Source: Eledone cirrhosa (taxonomy: Eukaryota). Taken from it: a stretch of DNA of 64,000 bases. Under the pieces are notes generated by a model, which saw nothing but the letters and a program-made list of their open reading frames with translations, did no database searches and was not told the origin of the DNA. The stretch's first letter is position 1, and every line of letters begins with the position of its first letter. Location of the stretch: positions 90,520,001-90,584,000 of the forward strand of contig OZ024744.1 of the NCBI GenBank assembly GCA_964016885.1. Reading direction: 5' to 3'. This document shows, in pieces, positions 1 through 12,626 of the stretch. A program made the position numbers and the translations under genes.

Positions 1-771
1 TAGGCTAAATTCTTCACTATATTCATTGTCAATTCTAACCTTGCTGACTGTTTCTTTATACATGGATTGTATAGCTCTCACAAGCCATTCATCTACTCTT
101 AGTTTTCTAAGAGCCCACCCGATAATGGAGCAGGGGACTATGTCAAAGGCTTTTTCCAAGTCAACAAAAGCTAAGTAGAGGGGTTTACTTTTAGCTAGGT
201 ACTTCTCTTGTAGTTGTCGTACAAGGAAAAGAGCGTCTGTGGTACTTTTACCTGACACAAACCCAAACTACATTTCATCTAGATCAATTCTCTCTCTGAT
301 TAGTTGCGCTATAACTCTTTCTATGACCTTCATGACCTGGTCAACTAACTTAAAGCCTCTATAGAGTATCTCCTTTACCCTTGTAGCAGTTAATGATGAT
401 GTTGCTATGCCAGTCATTTGGTATGATCCCATTCTGTATTACTTGGTTTACTATCCGGGTGACCATAGTGTGTCCCACCATTCCAGATGCTTTCAACATC
501 TCAGCAGCTATCTCCGAAGGCCCAGCTGCCTTGCCTGTCTTTGATTGCCTTACTTATTATATTACCTTTAACTTCCACCTTGGATCGATTTGGGGCAGAC
601 TATCTTTTTTCCATTTATTCTCCTCTGTTAGTAGTCTCTCATAGTGACACTTCCAAGCTACCTTCTTATCAGTATCAGTGAGAGCAAGTACACTATCATC
701 ATTACGGACACACTTCTCCTTGACAATATCACGGTTTTCCTTGACATATTGTCTTGCAATCCTGAACACCT
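1..771 (-). pseudogene. RTE-clade LINE reverse transcriptase fragment (decayed)
   Basis: Minus strand matches the 13.0-15.5 kb RTE (FRIARQ..ENRDIV, KKVAWKCHYERLL, NCYKGKGD, DEM.FGFVSGKSTTDA, AFVDLEKAFD) with stops and indels. Confidence 0.9.
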
Positions 772-1274
772 TCAGACATAGCTGTATACAGATATGTATA
801 GAAATTTTGTATTTCTAAAGAAACAAGGTATGATTACAGGTAAAGATTTAGAAAGCCGTAGCTATGCAAAAAAACACCTGGGCTAACACCCTCTGGTGGT
901 GTCCAGCAGAAGCAAGGGGGACAATCAGTGATGCATTTTGGACTTGACTGGTTCTCATCAGGACAATCCCTCCCACACTTGCGACTGCTGGACTTGAAAA
1001 CAGTCGAGAATATATAGTCTTCTTGTCTGTTTAAATGAGGTGATTAATCTCTCTCTCTCTCTATATATATATATACATAGAGAGAGACAGAGGGAGAGGG
1101 AGAGAGAGAGAGAGAAAAAGAGAGAGTCTTGCATTGCGGAGAGGAAAGAGACCACTAATCATGGGAGTACTCAATGCATGTGGAACTGTAGAGTGGGTAT
1201 AGAGATATGTATAATTCCGACTGCTTGCTGAACACACATGCTGAAACTGGTTGGTGCTGCAATTGGGATTATGC

Positions 1275-1336
<62 letters not shown>

Positions 1337-1337
1337 G

Positions 1338-1367
<30 letters not shown>

Positions 1368-1372
<5 letters not shown>

Positions 1373-1876
1373 GGATGATAGCTGCATAAAAAAAGTGCAG
1401 AGCACTAGAAGTTGATGGAAGCCGTGGAGTGGGGAGACCCAAGAAGACCTGGGATGAGGTGATAAAAGCCGACCTTACCCAATTGCACCTCCCAAAGGCG
1501 ATGACACAGGACCGTGACCTCTGGCGTCACGCAGTAATATAGAAGACCCGACTTCCCAAGAGTACAAGCCGAAGCTGAAGCATGTAGACAATATGCCCCA
1601 CACCCTCCCACTGCAAAGTGGTCGTGGAGGTGCCTCGCCATAAAAGCACCCAGCCCACACTGTAAAGTGGTCGTGTAAGCGCCATGGAAAAAAAGCTCCC
1701 AGTACTCATTGTAAATGAGGTTGGTGTTAGGAAGGGCATCCAGCTGTAGAAATCAAGCCAAAATCAGTTCCATATGAGCAAGACAAGGTCACCTGACCTG
1801 GCACTGCCCACAACAGGACAACCCGTCTAACCCATGCTAACATGGAAGAACGGACGTAAAACGGTGATGATGATGA
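1368..1876 (+). mobile_element. 5'-truncated RTE LINE 3' end (ORF tail, 3' UTR, (TGA)n)
   Basis: Encodes GRPKKTWDEVIK; UTR has gttaggaagggcatccagctgtagaaa; ends in gatgatgat; (TA)n on both sides. Confidence 0.85.
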
Positions 1877-2394
1877 TACACATATATATATATATTATAC
1901 ATAATATACACAAACATATATATGATATATATAGCCCAAGGTAAAAAAAAGGAAAGGCATAAAATGTATTAGTTTAATGCTTTGGATAAAGGAGAGAGAA
2001 ATATCTTCAATATATCAAACATTAGTCCTTCATCAGGAAAAAGTAAAGTTAGGAGAGAGAAGATGCAGGTAAAAAAAAAAAGGAAGATGTTATCATCATC
2101 ATCATCCTCATTTAATGTCCACTTTCCATGCCAGCATGGGTTAGACGGGTTGTCCCATTTGAGGTAATTTGGGTCAAGTGACCATGTCTTGCTCATATAG
2201 AACTGTTTCTGGCTAGATTTCTACAGCTGGATGCCTTTCCTAACGCCAACCACATTTATTGTATGGACTGGATGCTTTTTGTCGTGACACCTACACGACC
2301 ACTTTACAGGAGCAATAAACTAGACAGGTATGTTGATGTGTATGTAGTCCTACACAAGTATACGTATGTGCTACTGCTCCTGCCTCTGTTATAT

Positions 2395-3232
2395 CATCAT
2401 CATCATCTCATCATCATTTTCGTTTAACGTCCATTTTCCACGCTAGCATGGGTTAGACGTGAGCTGTCCCACTTGAGGCAAGGTTGGTCGGGTGACCGTA
2501 TCTCGCTCATATAGGTCTATCTGGCAGGTTTTCTATGGCTGGATGCCCTTCCTAACACCAACCATATTTACAGTGTGGAACTAGGAACTTTTTACCGTGT
2601 TACCTACACAACCACATTACAGCGTGGACTGTGTGTGTGTGTTTTATTTTTGTCGTGACACTTACACGATCACGATCTCATTTTCTCGTGCTGTTGGTGG
2701 GAGTGGGAGGATAGGGTAGAGGTAGTGGATTGGGGTGTATATTTGGTTAAGAGGTGCCTACTGACTAGGTTTCGCTTTGTACATAGGCAAGTCTTCTGTA
2801 CTACTGCGTAGCGCCAAATATCTCGGTCCAGTGACATTGTCTTAGAGAGGTGCAAGTGTGTAAGGTCGGAATTTATCAGATCATCCCAGGTTTTTCTGGG
2901 TCTACCTACTCCGTAACTTCCATCAATTTTGATCGCCCTGCACTTTTTTATGCAGCTGTCGTCTTTCATGCGCATCACAAGACCATACCAACGTAGTCTT
3001 CTCTCAAGTAAACAGCATCTGATCCCTCTTATTCCTAATTTCTCACTCTGTTCATTTATGCTTTGCCGTTCACGTATATTACTATTACACATCCAACAGA
3101 GCATGCATGCTTCGTTCCTTTCCAGTCTACGCAGGTCCTCTGCATGTAATGCCCATGTCTCACTGCCATGTAGCATTGCTGTTCGTATACAGGCATCATA
3201 CAATCTGCCTTTCATTTTTAGAGAGAAACCTT
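2395..3232 (-). mobile_element. 5'-truncated RTE LINE 3' portion
   Basis: ORF 2670..3431 contains KGRLYDACIRTAMLHGSETW...RLRWYG.VMRM...GRPRKTW; (TCA)n tail near 2395. Confidence 0.9.
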
Positions 3233-3252
3233 TATATATATATATATATATA

Positions 3253-3951
3253 TGGGTGCTGAAGGTGGAAGACTTACGTAGATTAGAGAGAAACGAAGCC
3301 TGCATGCTTCGATGGATGTGTAATAGTAATATACGCGAACGACAAAGCATAAATGAATTGAGAGAGAGAGACTGAGCATAAGAGGAATCAAAAGTTGTGT
3401 GCAGGAGAGGCGGATGCGTTGGTATGGACATGTGATGCGTATGAAGGATGACAGCTGCATAAAAAGGTGCAGAGCACTAGAAGTCGATGGAAACCGCGGA
3501 GTGGGAGACCCAAGATGACCTGGGATGAGGTGATAAAAGCCGACCTTACCCAATTACACCTCTCAAAGGCAATGACACACGACCGTGACCTCTGGCGTCA
3601 CGCAGTAATACAGAGTACCCGACCTCCCATGGGTACAAGCTGAAGCATATAGACAATATGCCCCCACACCCTCCCACTGCAAGGTGGTCGTGGAGGTGCC
3701 ACGGCAAAAAAGCACCCAGCCCACACTGTAAAGTGGACGTGTAGGCGCCACGAAAAAGCACCCAACACTCACTGTAAATGAGGTTGGTGTTAGGAAGGGC
3801 ATCCAGCTGTAGAAATCAAGCCAAATCAGTTCCTGTATGAGCAAGGCATGGTCAGCCGACCAGACACCGTCCACAACAGGACAACCCGTCTAACCCATGC
3901 TAGCATGGAAGAACAGACGTAAAACGGTGATGATGATGATGATGATGATGA
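3253..3951 (+). mobile_element. 5'-truncated RTE LINE 3' portion
   Basis: EDLRRLERNEACMLRWMC motif, same UTR and (TGA)n tail; separated from the opposite-strand copy only by (TA)n. Confidence 0.9.
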
Positions 3952-4774
3952 TATATATATATATATATATATAAAATTAGAATTCGTGCTCTGAAATAGA
4001 GATATATATGAATGTATATACAGTGTATTTTGCAATACACTGTATGCTTAATTAAAAGCATTTTGAAGACCTTACGCTATTGTTTTAGAGTAGTGACAGT
4101 CTCACTTACTTTCAATTTTCAGCAAACAGGGGAGATAAAGCTGACAGATCTCTGTTTCGTACCTTTTGGTACTTATCAAAGCTAACTACTCCACCTGTTT
4201 GCTGAAAATCATGAATGTTTGATTCTGATATAATTCTAATAATAATCATGAACTGATTATACAGAGCAGTTGCTGGTCAAGCAGAAATTGAAAATTAGAA
4301 TTGGTGCTCTGAAATAGCGTGTTATTCTTTTATATATATATATATATATATATAAGAATAACATTAAGAAAAATGCTGATGTTACATAAATCGCTTATTC
4401 ATAATAATCATTTCAAAGGTTCCCTTATGCAATCCATGATGTAATTTATGCATTTGTTGTTATGAGAATGGTATCTTCAGATGAAAGTCTGATTTTGTGA
4501 TATGCCACAGGCAAAAAAAACATGTCCTTCTTCTCGTGTACCCAGCTGACATATTTATTATTAGTACAGCTAAAAAGTTTCTGCTTTCAGTCTAAAGCGG
4601 ATCTTCTGAGTTTTATATATATATATAACTCAGAAACTTTTAATCTGTGCTAATAATAAATATTTGCTCTATGGGTTTATATATACTTATGTATACAACC
4701 CTTATTGAGTCCTCACTGGATTTTGGTCCTTGTATTTATTACTACCACTAGTAATAAATACAAGGACCAAAATA

Positions 4775-5090
4775 GTTTTACATCTGTTTTCCATGCTTTT
4801 ATGGGTCCTCTTCAGCACAACATCTCTCCACTTGCCATGTTCCTGTGTCATCTCTTCTATGAGACTCAGCAATTTGAGATCAGATCTCACCACCTCTGCC
4901 AAGGTCTTCTTTGGTCTACCTCTTCTGTGGCTTCCTGCCGCTGGGATTTTCTGGTACTTCTTCAACCAGTGATCATCATCCATGTGCATCACATGTCCAT
5001 AGTAATGCAGTCTTCTCTCTTGCAAATCTCTTTGGATTCCTCTTAAACCCATTTTCCCCCTTCAATTCATGCAAGCTTTTCCTTGTGTGA
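4775..5090 (-). pseudogene. RTE LINE C-terminal fragment (second subfamily)
   Basis: ORF 4702..5052: ERRLHYYGHVMHM...RGRPKKT. Confidence 0.75.
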
Positions 5091-6582
5091 GCAGAGCAAG
5101 CCATGTACAGAGGAGATGTCAGTAAAGAGAGAGTAGGAAGTGAGTTTGGCGAGGAATTCAAGGTACAGGTTGGTCTCAGCTCACTTCTGTTTATTATAGT
5201 TCTTCAGGCCATAACAGAAGATTTTAAGACTGGCTGTCCATAGGAACTTCTGTATTCTGATGACCTGGTTCTTATAGCATGTTGATTCCAGAAAGATCTT
5301 CATTTCTGGATAAGAACATAAAAAGACTCTCAACCTTGCTAAGATATTCCAACTGTCTGACAAGTACTGAATAGAATTGCAGAATACGTCAATGTTTAAA
5401 GTCACTCTTTGACACTTTCCAGCATCTGATCCATAGACATGCTATCTCCTCCCTCTGCTTCTTCTATCACTGCTACAATGGTCTCTGCTCCTTAGAGCTT
5501 GCTGAACTCATGCCACCTCGACTCAGACACCTTCAACTCACTCCTGTCTCCTCCTCTCTTCACTTACGTTGTGTTCAGCCTTTCAGGCCTCACAGTGTTC
5601 AGTCCTTCTTGTCCAGAACATCAACCATCTGAAATTCCCACTCTACTTATGTCATTTCTAAAGATGTGGACATGTAATAATTTAAACAGAATATCAACAG
5701 CATCAATTTATCAGATCTTGAAGGGCCTATGAAGGCCATGGACACCGTTCTTTCCTCCAGACACACCAAGTAAAAAAAATGAAAATGTGGACATGTAAAA
5801 GACATGGCAAAAAGCACCCAGCACACATTGTCAATGTGGTTGGCGTTAGGAAGGGCATCCAGCCATAGAAAACCAACCAGAAACTCTCTTATATAAGTGA
5901 GACACAGTCACCCGACCCAACTTGCCTCTAATTGGGAGAAACCTGTCTAACCATGCTAACGTGGAAGATAGATGTTAATTGACGACGATGATGATGATGA
6001 TGATGATGATAATGATCTCATCAATTCAGAGCAGCACATATAGGTTATTTAGGTAACATTTTACATTAGGTTATCAGATAAGAATAGAGTAGGATATCTA
6101 CAGCTCAAAGTGGATGGTTGCACAAACCACAAGTTTGTGATCTGTACAATAAGTGAGCGCTTAGGAGATAGCTTTTTTTTTCTATGTCAAAGCCCTCGCC
6201 AACTTTTCAAATGCCACTTGAAAAGAAAGGTGAGGATTGAGAGTAAAATTTCCTCCAGTAAAGTTGCTGAATGGTGAGTGAATGTGTGAGTCTGGTGAGC
6301 CCGATGTAGCTGGATTGCTCATTCATAATTTCCGTCTTTAATTTCAATAAACGGAAAAGGCACTTGCCTAAGTATTGAAGGAAAATTTTGGTATTTGTCA
6401 GTTGTCCTAATTTGGTCAAGAAGTGGTTGACCTCGTTTTGACACTAACACATTATATTATTCAAAAACTTTTCTTTTCAACTCATTTATATTCATTTTTA
6501 TTTGTTTGCTTGTTTGTTTTCTTCCTTTTGTTTTTTTCCCTAGATGGAAAAACCTATCAATGTTTTTTATGATCTCTTTATA

Positions 6583-8530
6583 ATCATCATCATCATCACT
6601 GTTTAACGTCCATTTTTTTTCCATGCTAGTATAGGTGAGACGAGTTATCCCATTTGTGACAAGTCAGATTAGATGACCGTATCTTGCTCATACAGAACTG
6701 ATTCTGGCTTGTTTTCTACAGCTAGATTCCCTTCCTAACACCAACAACATTTAGTGTGGCCTGGGTGCTTTTTATCATAGCACCAAAATGATCACTTCAC
6801 AGTGTAGGCCAGAGGCTTTTTGTCATGATGCCTACATGATCATTTTACAATGTGGGCTAGGGCAATTTTGTTGTGTCACCAACACCTACGTGACCACTTT
6901 TCAGTGTGGGCTGGGTGCTTTTTTTGTTGTGCCACCTACATTACATGACTACATTACAGTATGGGCTGGGTGCTTTTTATTACGCCTCCTACACAACCAC
7001 TTTACAATGTGAGCTGGGTGCACTTTTGTGTGACACCTACATGACCAATTTACAGTGTGGGCTGGGTGCTTTTATCATGACATAAACACAACCACTTTAC
7101 AGTGTAAGCAGGGTGCATTTTGTCATGGCCCCTACACAACCACCTTACAGTGTGAGCTGGATGCTTTTTTTGTTGTGGCACCTACATGACCACTTTTCAG
7201 TGTGGGCTGGATGCTTCTTGTCGTGTCACCTACATGACCATTTTACACTGCGGGCTGGGTGCTTTTAGTCATGACACCTACATGACCACTTTACAGTGTG
7301 GGTTGTGTGCTTTTTGTCGTGACTCTTACATAACCAATTTACAACGTGGGCTCGTGCTTTTTTTTGTGTCACCATCACAACCACTTTATAGTGTGGTCTA
7401 AGCACTTTTTGTTGTGTCACCATCACAACCTCTTTACAGTGTGGACTGGGTACTTTTTGTCGCAACATCTACACAACCACTTTACATTGTGGGCTGGGTG
7501 TTTTTTTGTCGTGATACCTACCCAACCACTTTACAGTGTGGGCTGGGTGCTTTTTGTTGTGACACATATACAACCACTTTACAGTTGGATTGGGTGCTTT
7601 TTGTTGAGTCGCAATCACAACCTCTTAACAGTGTGGACTGGGTGCTTTTTATTGTGACACATATATGACAACTTTACAGTGTGGTCTGGGCTCTTTTTGT
7701 TGTGTCACCATCAAAGCCTCTTTACAGTGTGGGCTGGGTGCTTTTTGTTGTGACACATATATGACCACTTTACAGTGTGGTCTGGGCTCTTTTTGTTGTG
7801 TCACCATCACAACCTCTTTACAGTGTGGGTTTGGGTGTTTTTGTCATGACTCCTACACAACCACTTTATAATGTGGGCTGGGTGCTTTTTGTCGTGACAC
7901 CTACACGACCATTTTACAGTGTGGACTGGGTGCTTTTTGTTGTGACACTTATATGACAACTTTACAATGTGGGCTGGGTGCTTTTTGTTATGACACCTAC
8001 ACGACTACTTTACATTGTAGTCTAGGCACTTTTTGTTGTGTCACCATCACAACCTCTTTACAGTGTGGGTTTGGGTGTTTTTTGTCATGACTCCTACACA
8101 ACCACTTTATAATGTGGGCTGGGTGCTTTTTGTCGTGACACCTACACGACCATTTTACAGCGTGGACTGGGTGCTTTTTGTTGTGACACCTACAAGACCA
8201 CTTTTCAGTGTGGTCTGGGCACTTTTCTGTGTGTCACCATCACAACCACTTTACAATGTGGGCTGGGTGCTTTTTATCATGACACCTACACGACTACTTT
8301 ACATTGTAGTCTAGGCACGACCTCTTTAAAGTGTGGACTGGGTGCTTTTTGTTGTGACACATATACGACAACTTTACAGTGTGGTCTGGGCTCTTTTTGT
8401 TGTGTCGCCATCACAACATCTGTACAGTGTGGACCTGGTGCTTTTTGTTGTGACACCTACACAACCATTTTACAGTGTGGACTGGGTGCTTTTTGTCGCA
8501 ACACCTATACGACCACTTTACAATGTGGGC
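6583..8530 (-). repeat. RTE 3' UTR tail with expanded ~48-bp minisatellite (about 35 diverged units, ~6760-8530)
   Basis: Unit similar to gtgctttttgtcgtgacacctacacgaccactttacagtgtgggctgg, present in only 1-3 copies in other RTE UTRs; preceded by the RTE tail and (TCA)n. Confidence 0.9.
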
Positions 8531-8859
8531 GGTGGACTTCATGTAAGTATTTCTTTTGTGGGTTCATCAACAAAAGCACAGAAGTACTTTATTTCTTTGA
8601 ATATTTCTTTTGTTTTTAGATGTAAGAGTCTATTATCTGAGTTTATTCTTGGGTTCATCCACATATTGCATAGATTTTCCTTCTCCAATCCTTACATTTT
8701 TTTAAACAACTAAGTGGCTTTGGTCCTGACAAATGTATATTTCAGGGAATCCTACTGTTTAATGTAAATTTTTTTCTTTTTTAAGATTTCTGACAGAGCT
8801 ATTTTTTATTGTTTTATTTCAATATTTTTGTCTTTTTTGTTTTTTCTTCTACTCCTGTT

Positions 8860-9222
8860 ACAACATCTTTTTGAATTCCATGTGTCTAACACCTGTGAGC
8901 ATGCCTACAAAGTCAGAAAACAGCACATCTCCCATGAATTTTTGAGGTATTTTCTTATGCTCAGAGTTGCTGAAGCATGGAACAAACTACCTGCATCAGT
9001 TGTTAACTGTGGAGACATTGCATCCTTTAAAACCTTCCATGCTTCCTGAAATTTCCCAACACTACACCTGATATTTCCGCTCCATACACACAAACACATG
9101 TATTTCATGGCTCATACACTGTTCACTTTCCTGACGTTTGTACATTATTCTATGTACTATACATACACCTTTGTGAGTTGTAGTGCACCTGAGCACTGTA
9201 CACAATAATTTCATTATTATTT
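8860..9222 (+). mobile_element. CR1-like LINE 3' end fragment
   Basis: LFEFHVSNTCEHAYKVRKQH...LRVAEAWNKLP matches the C-terminus of the 47-49 kb element; (TTA)n tail. Confidence 0.85.
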
Positions 9223-9274
9223 TTATTTAATAGTTTGGTGGGCTTCCTCAATCTCTGTTTTTTACCAATGGACA

Positions 9275-9461
9275 GTGGATTGGCAGTATTGGTAAAGGGT
9301 CAGATGCCATGCTTTGCAGCAAAGAGTTACGTCCCTTTATGACCAGAGTTCAAATCCCGTCGAGGTTAACTTTGCCTTTCATCCTTATGCGGTCGATAAA
9401 ATAAAGTATCAGTAATGCACTGAGATAATTGCTGGTCTTGTGCCAAAAGTAGAAACAATTA
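9275..9461 (+). mobile_element. tRNA-derived SINE family A (~185 bp)
   Basis: Box A-like tggcagtattggta, box B gagttcaaatccc, body gcctttcatcctta.gg.tcgataaaataaagtaccag resembling a Deu/Nin-type domain. Confidence 0.85.
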
Positions 9462-10298
9462 TTACCAATGGATGGGGTGGTATTCTTAGGAGAATGAATT
9501 TCAGCATTTTTCACCTCTGTGACTAAGTATGGTGTAGCTTTTTCTACCATCTCAGCATCATCTGCTTCAGGAACTGAAAAGGAAGTAGATTTTTTCCTAT
9601 CATTCTCAAAAATGGAACTGATAGTGTGTTTGATGGTGCTTCAGGGATAGTAGCCCCAGGAAGTTGCTGATTGCTAGGTTTTATTTTCAATGCATTAGAG
9701 GCAGAAAGCATTCAAATGTATTTGTTGCCACAAATATAACAACTGGCCTTACTGCTCTGCATTGTTAATTTTATTGCTTTTGACTCTGTGCATGCAATGG
9801 GACAAAGTTCTAGAATGGCCATGTGGTGCTGGGTGGGAAGGGGGTTTATGAGTACTTGCAAGTTTACACTGACCTCTACCAACCACCATATATCATTTCT
9901 CATTAATTTGGCACTTATTAAATACTCATATTGTTTGATAATGGCAACTATGACCCAGGAGGTCAATGACGTTTGTGAGTGAGGTAATTAACTCAGATAA
10001 ATTAACTTCAGGTGTGGAATGAAAGAATAAAGACTAAATTGCTTTTAACACATTTATTGATAATAATAGAGAAAAAAAAGATTTTCAGTCTGCATGAATA
10101 GTTATGAGAACACTAGAAGAAAAAATAGGAAATAGTATACAAGTGGATGAAAATAAATTTACTTGCATTAATTTAATGCTAGAGAGTTCATAATCATGAA
10201 GTTCATTTTCATAAGTATGTGGATGGTGGAAGTGAAATGAAAAAAAAAAACAAATTCTGATTAAGTTTGGGCTCATTTTAATTCTTAATATCCTCTAA

Positions 10299-10510
10299 TG
10301 TTATATTTGGGGAGGGCCATGTTGTCCTACCCCCCCCCCCCCCCCCCCCCCCCAAAAAATACACTCACTGTTTGGTTTGGTTTGGTTTAGTTTTTGCTTT
10401 GGTATATTTTTATATTTCTATAAATAATTTAGCTGGCAATATTAGGACAACATGACCCTCCCCAAATATAACAATATCTGCTTCAACACACGATTTTATA
10501 TTTTTAAAAA
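10299..10510. mobile_element. Inverted pair of Penelope-like pseudo-LTR ends
   Basis: tgttatatttggggagggccatgttgtccta (10299) and its near reverse complement at ~10443-10473, which continues as MTLPKYNNICFNTRF, similar to 57786-57830. Confidence 0.7.
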
Positions 10511-11992
10511 AATTTGCAAAACAAATATATCTTGTGATGATTTTGCAGAAAATATCTAAAAACAGGTTTGGTAATGCAAATGTTTATAGTATCTTTACTA
10601 GTGGATAGATTGTTGTAATAATTTGTAGTATTAGAATAAAGTCTTTAATTTTTAAGGTGATGCAATCATAGTACTATTTCGAACTTTTTAAGAATGCCAT
10701 ATTGGATACAATTTCATGTGCTACAGAACGTTAAGAGTTAGGGAAATGTTATGTAGTTCAGGTTGAATATGAGAAGCTGCAAAGTAGAGTGTTGTGCAAT
10801 CATTCAGGAAAAGGGAAATGCGCCAATGTGTCTCTGAATTTGTTTGTTTTACATATTTGTTGATGTGAATGTAGCATGGTTAAAAATGGTTAATAAGTTT
10901 TCTTTGCAATCATTAGATCCTGGGTTAAATTCCACTGCATGACATTTGGGGCAAACGCTATTTACTATAGTCTTCAATTGACCTATGTCTTGTGAGTGAT
11001 ATTGAGTAGATGGAAGCTGCTTGGAAATCTGTCAGATAGATTGTACATGTAATTCAAAAGGCCAACTCTGTCATACACTGAATCTCCCTGAGAATTATGT
11101 TAAGAGTATTTATGTCTCCCAGCCCACACTGTAAAGTGGTCATGTAGGTGTCACGACAAAACGCACCCAGTAATCACTGTAAATGAGGTTGACATTAGGA
11201 AGGGCATCCAGCTGTAGAAATCAAGCCCAAATCAGTTCTGTATGAGCAAGACATGGTCACCTGACCTAGCATTGCCCATAACAGGATAACTCAATGTTGT
11301 TGGTTCGATTCCTGGGCTAGATTGTGTGTTGTGTTCTTGAGCAAAATACTTCATTTCATATTGCTCCAATATACTCAACTAAAAATGAGTACCAGCAATA
11401 GCTGGAGATTTAACCCTATGATGGACTGGTATCCTCTCCAGGGGAAGTCTTGAACTCTCTGTCATTTCACGCCATGAAACTGGGATAAGCACCAGCCTAA
11501 CGAGCTGAGCCTTCTGGCGTAAGACAGACTTTTTTAGATATATGTCTGTGGACTGCTCAGCCACTTACATATATCAATTTCATGAGCAGGCTATCATGCT
11601 ACACTGATAGAACAACTGAAACAGTTAACATCAAAACCAATGGAGGTCTGTTCCAGATTTCTTGAATCCAAAATTGGCTCCAGAGAACCTTCTTCTAATG
11701 GAATATTTTTATCAGTCTGAAACAGATAAATAATTTTAACCAATTGCATAATATAATCAAATGACATGGCATAGCAATAATTGAGTTTTCTACTACATTA
11801 GTCTATAAATTGTGTAAATTCAAAAGGTTACTGTGTGTCACTTCACTTTTTTATTTTTTAATGATAAATTTTCTGTGTCTATGTATTCATTTAGAGGTGG
11901 CATATGTGTTATATAAGTATGAGTATGTAAGTTAATAGAATAGTTTAGCAGGCAACAAAAGCATGGTGACCCATACTCACTGCACTAGTAAC

Positions 11993-12024
<32 letters not shown>

Positions 12025-12159
12025 CCATCATCATCATCATAATTATCTTTATCATCATCATTGCCATCGTCACCACCATCATCAGCATCCCCACTGTCAC
12101 CACCGATACCACCACCACCACCACCACCACCACAGAAACAGAGACAAGAATAAATAAAT

Positions 12160-12395
12160 AAATAAATAAAATAAAAATGGCGTAGACATTATAATACAAT
12201 GGGAGGAAACATAATAGTACCACTGATGATGTCACAGATGTGTAACAAAAGAACTTTGATAGACTATATATATATACATTTATATCTGTATTTTTAACCG
12301 TTGGTCAATCAATGATAAACATTGATTGCCAAATAAATTAGCTATGGAGATATAAAAGATACAAAAGCGAAAACCAACCCAGACCAAACCTCTCT
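12160..12395 (+). mobile_element. Non-coding Penelope-related pLTR fragment with decayed hammerhead motif (12216-12265)
   Basis: agtacca-CTGATGA-t-gtcaca-gatg-tgtaac-AAAA-gaactt-tgatagact; reverse-complement homologue of 19670-19945 and 30400-30730. Confidence 0.7.
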
Positions 12396-12595
12396 TCACT
12401 ATCATTTCTATCTCTCATGGTCTTTTGATGTATAAAAGGCTTTGGGGCGCTGCCAATCGATGTCCTGTTTTAAACGCCGAAACATCTATGATCTGCAGTA
12501 AACAGCTGATAAAGGGCTACTTTTCTTCTGTTGTTTATGTCCCTATTACCATCTTACACTTTGTTTACAGTAAGCACAAAGCCTGCCTCTTTACT

Positions 12596-12625
<30 letters not shown>

Positions 12626-12626
<1 letters not shown>

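Noticed and set aside
1975-2040. Hammerhead-like CTGATGA on the minus strand
   Set aside because: No intact GAAA box or convincing stem I; at most a decayed remnant.
6207-6419. Possible GIY-YIG remnant (SSYIGLTR)
   Set aside because: Only one short motif, without the upstream VY or downstream R/H/E residues.
6760-8530. CRISPR-like regular repeat
   Set aside because: Units are contiguous and mutually homologous with no unique spacers, there are no cas genes, and the unit derives from a LINE UTR.
9480-9970. Possible gag/ORF1-like or host exon (CYICG)
   Set aside because: Stops in all frames examined and no complete zinc knuckle or recognisable domain.
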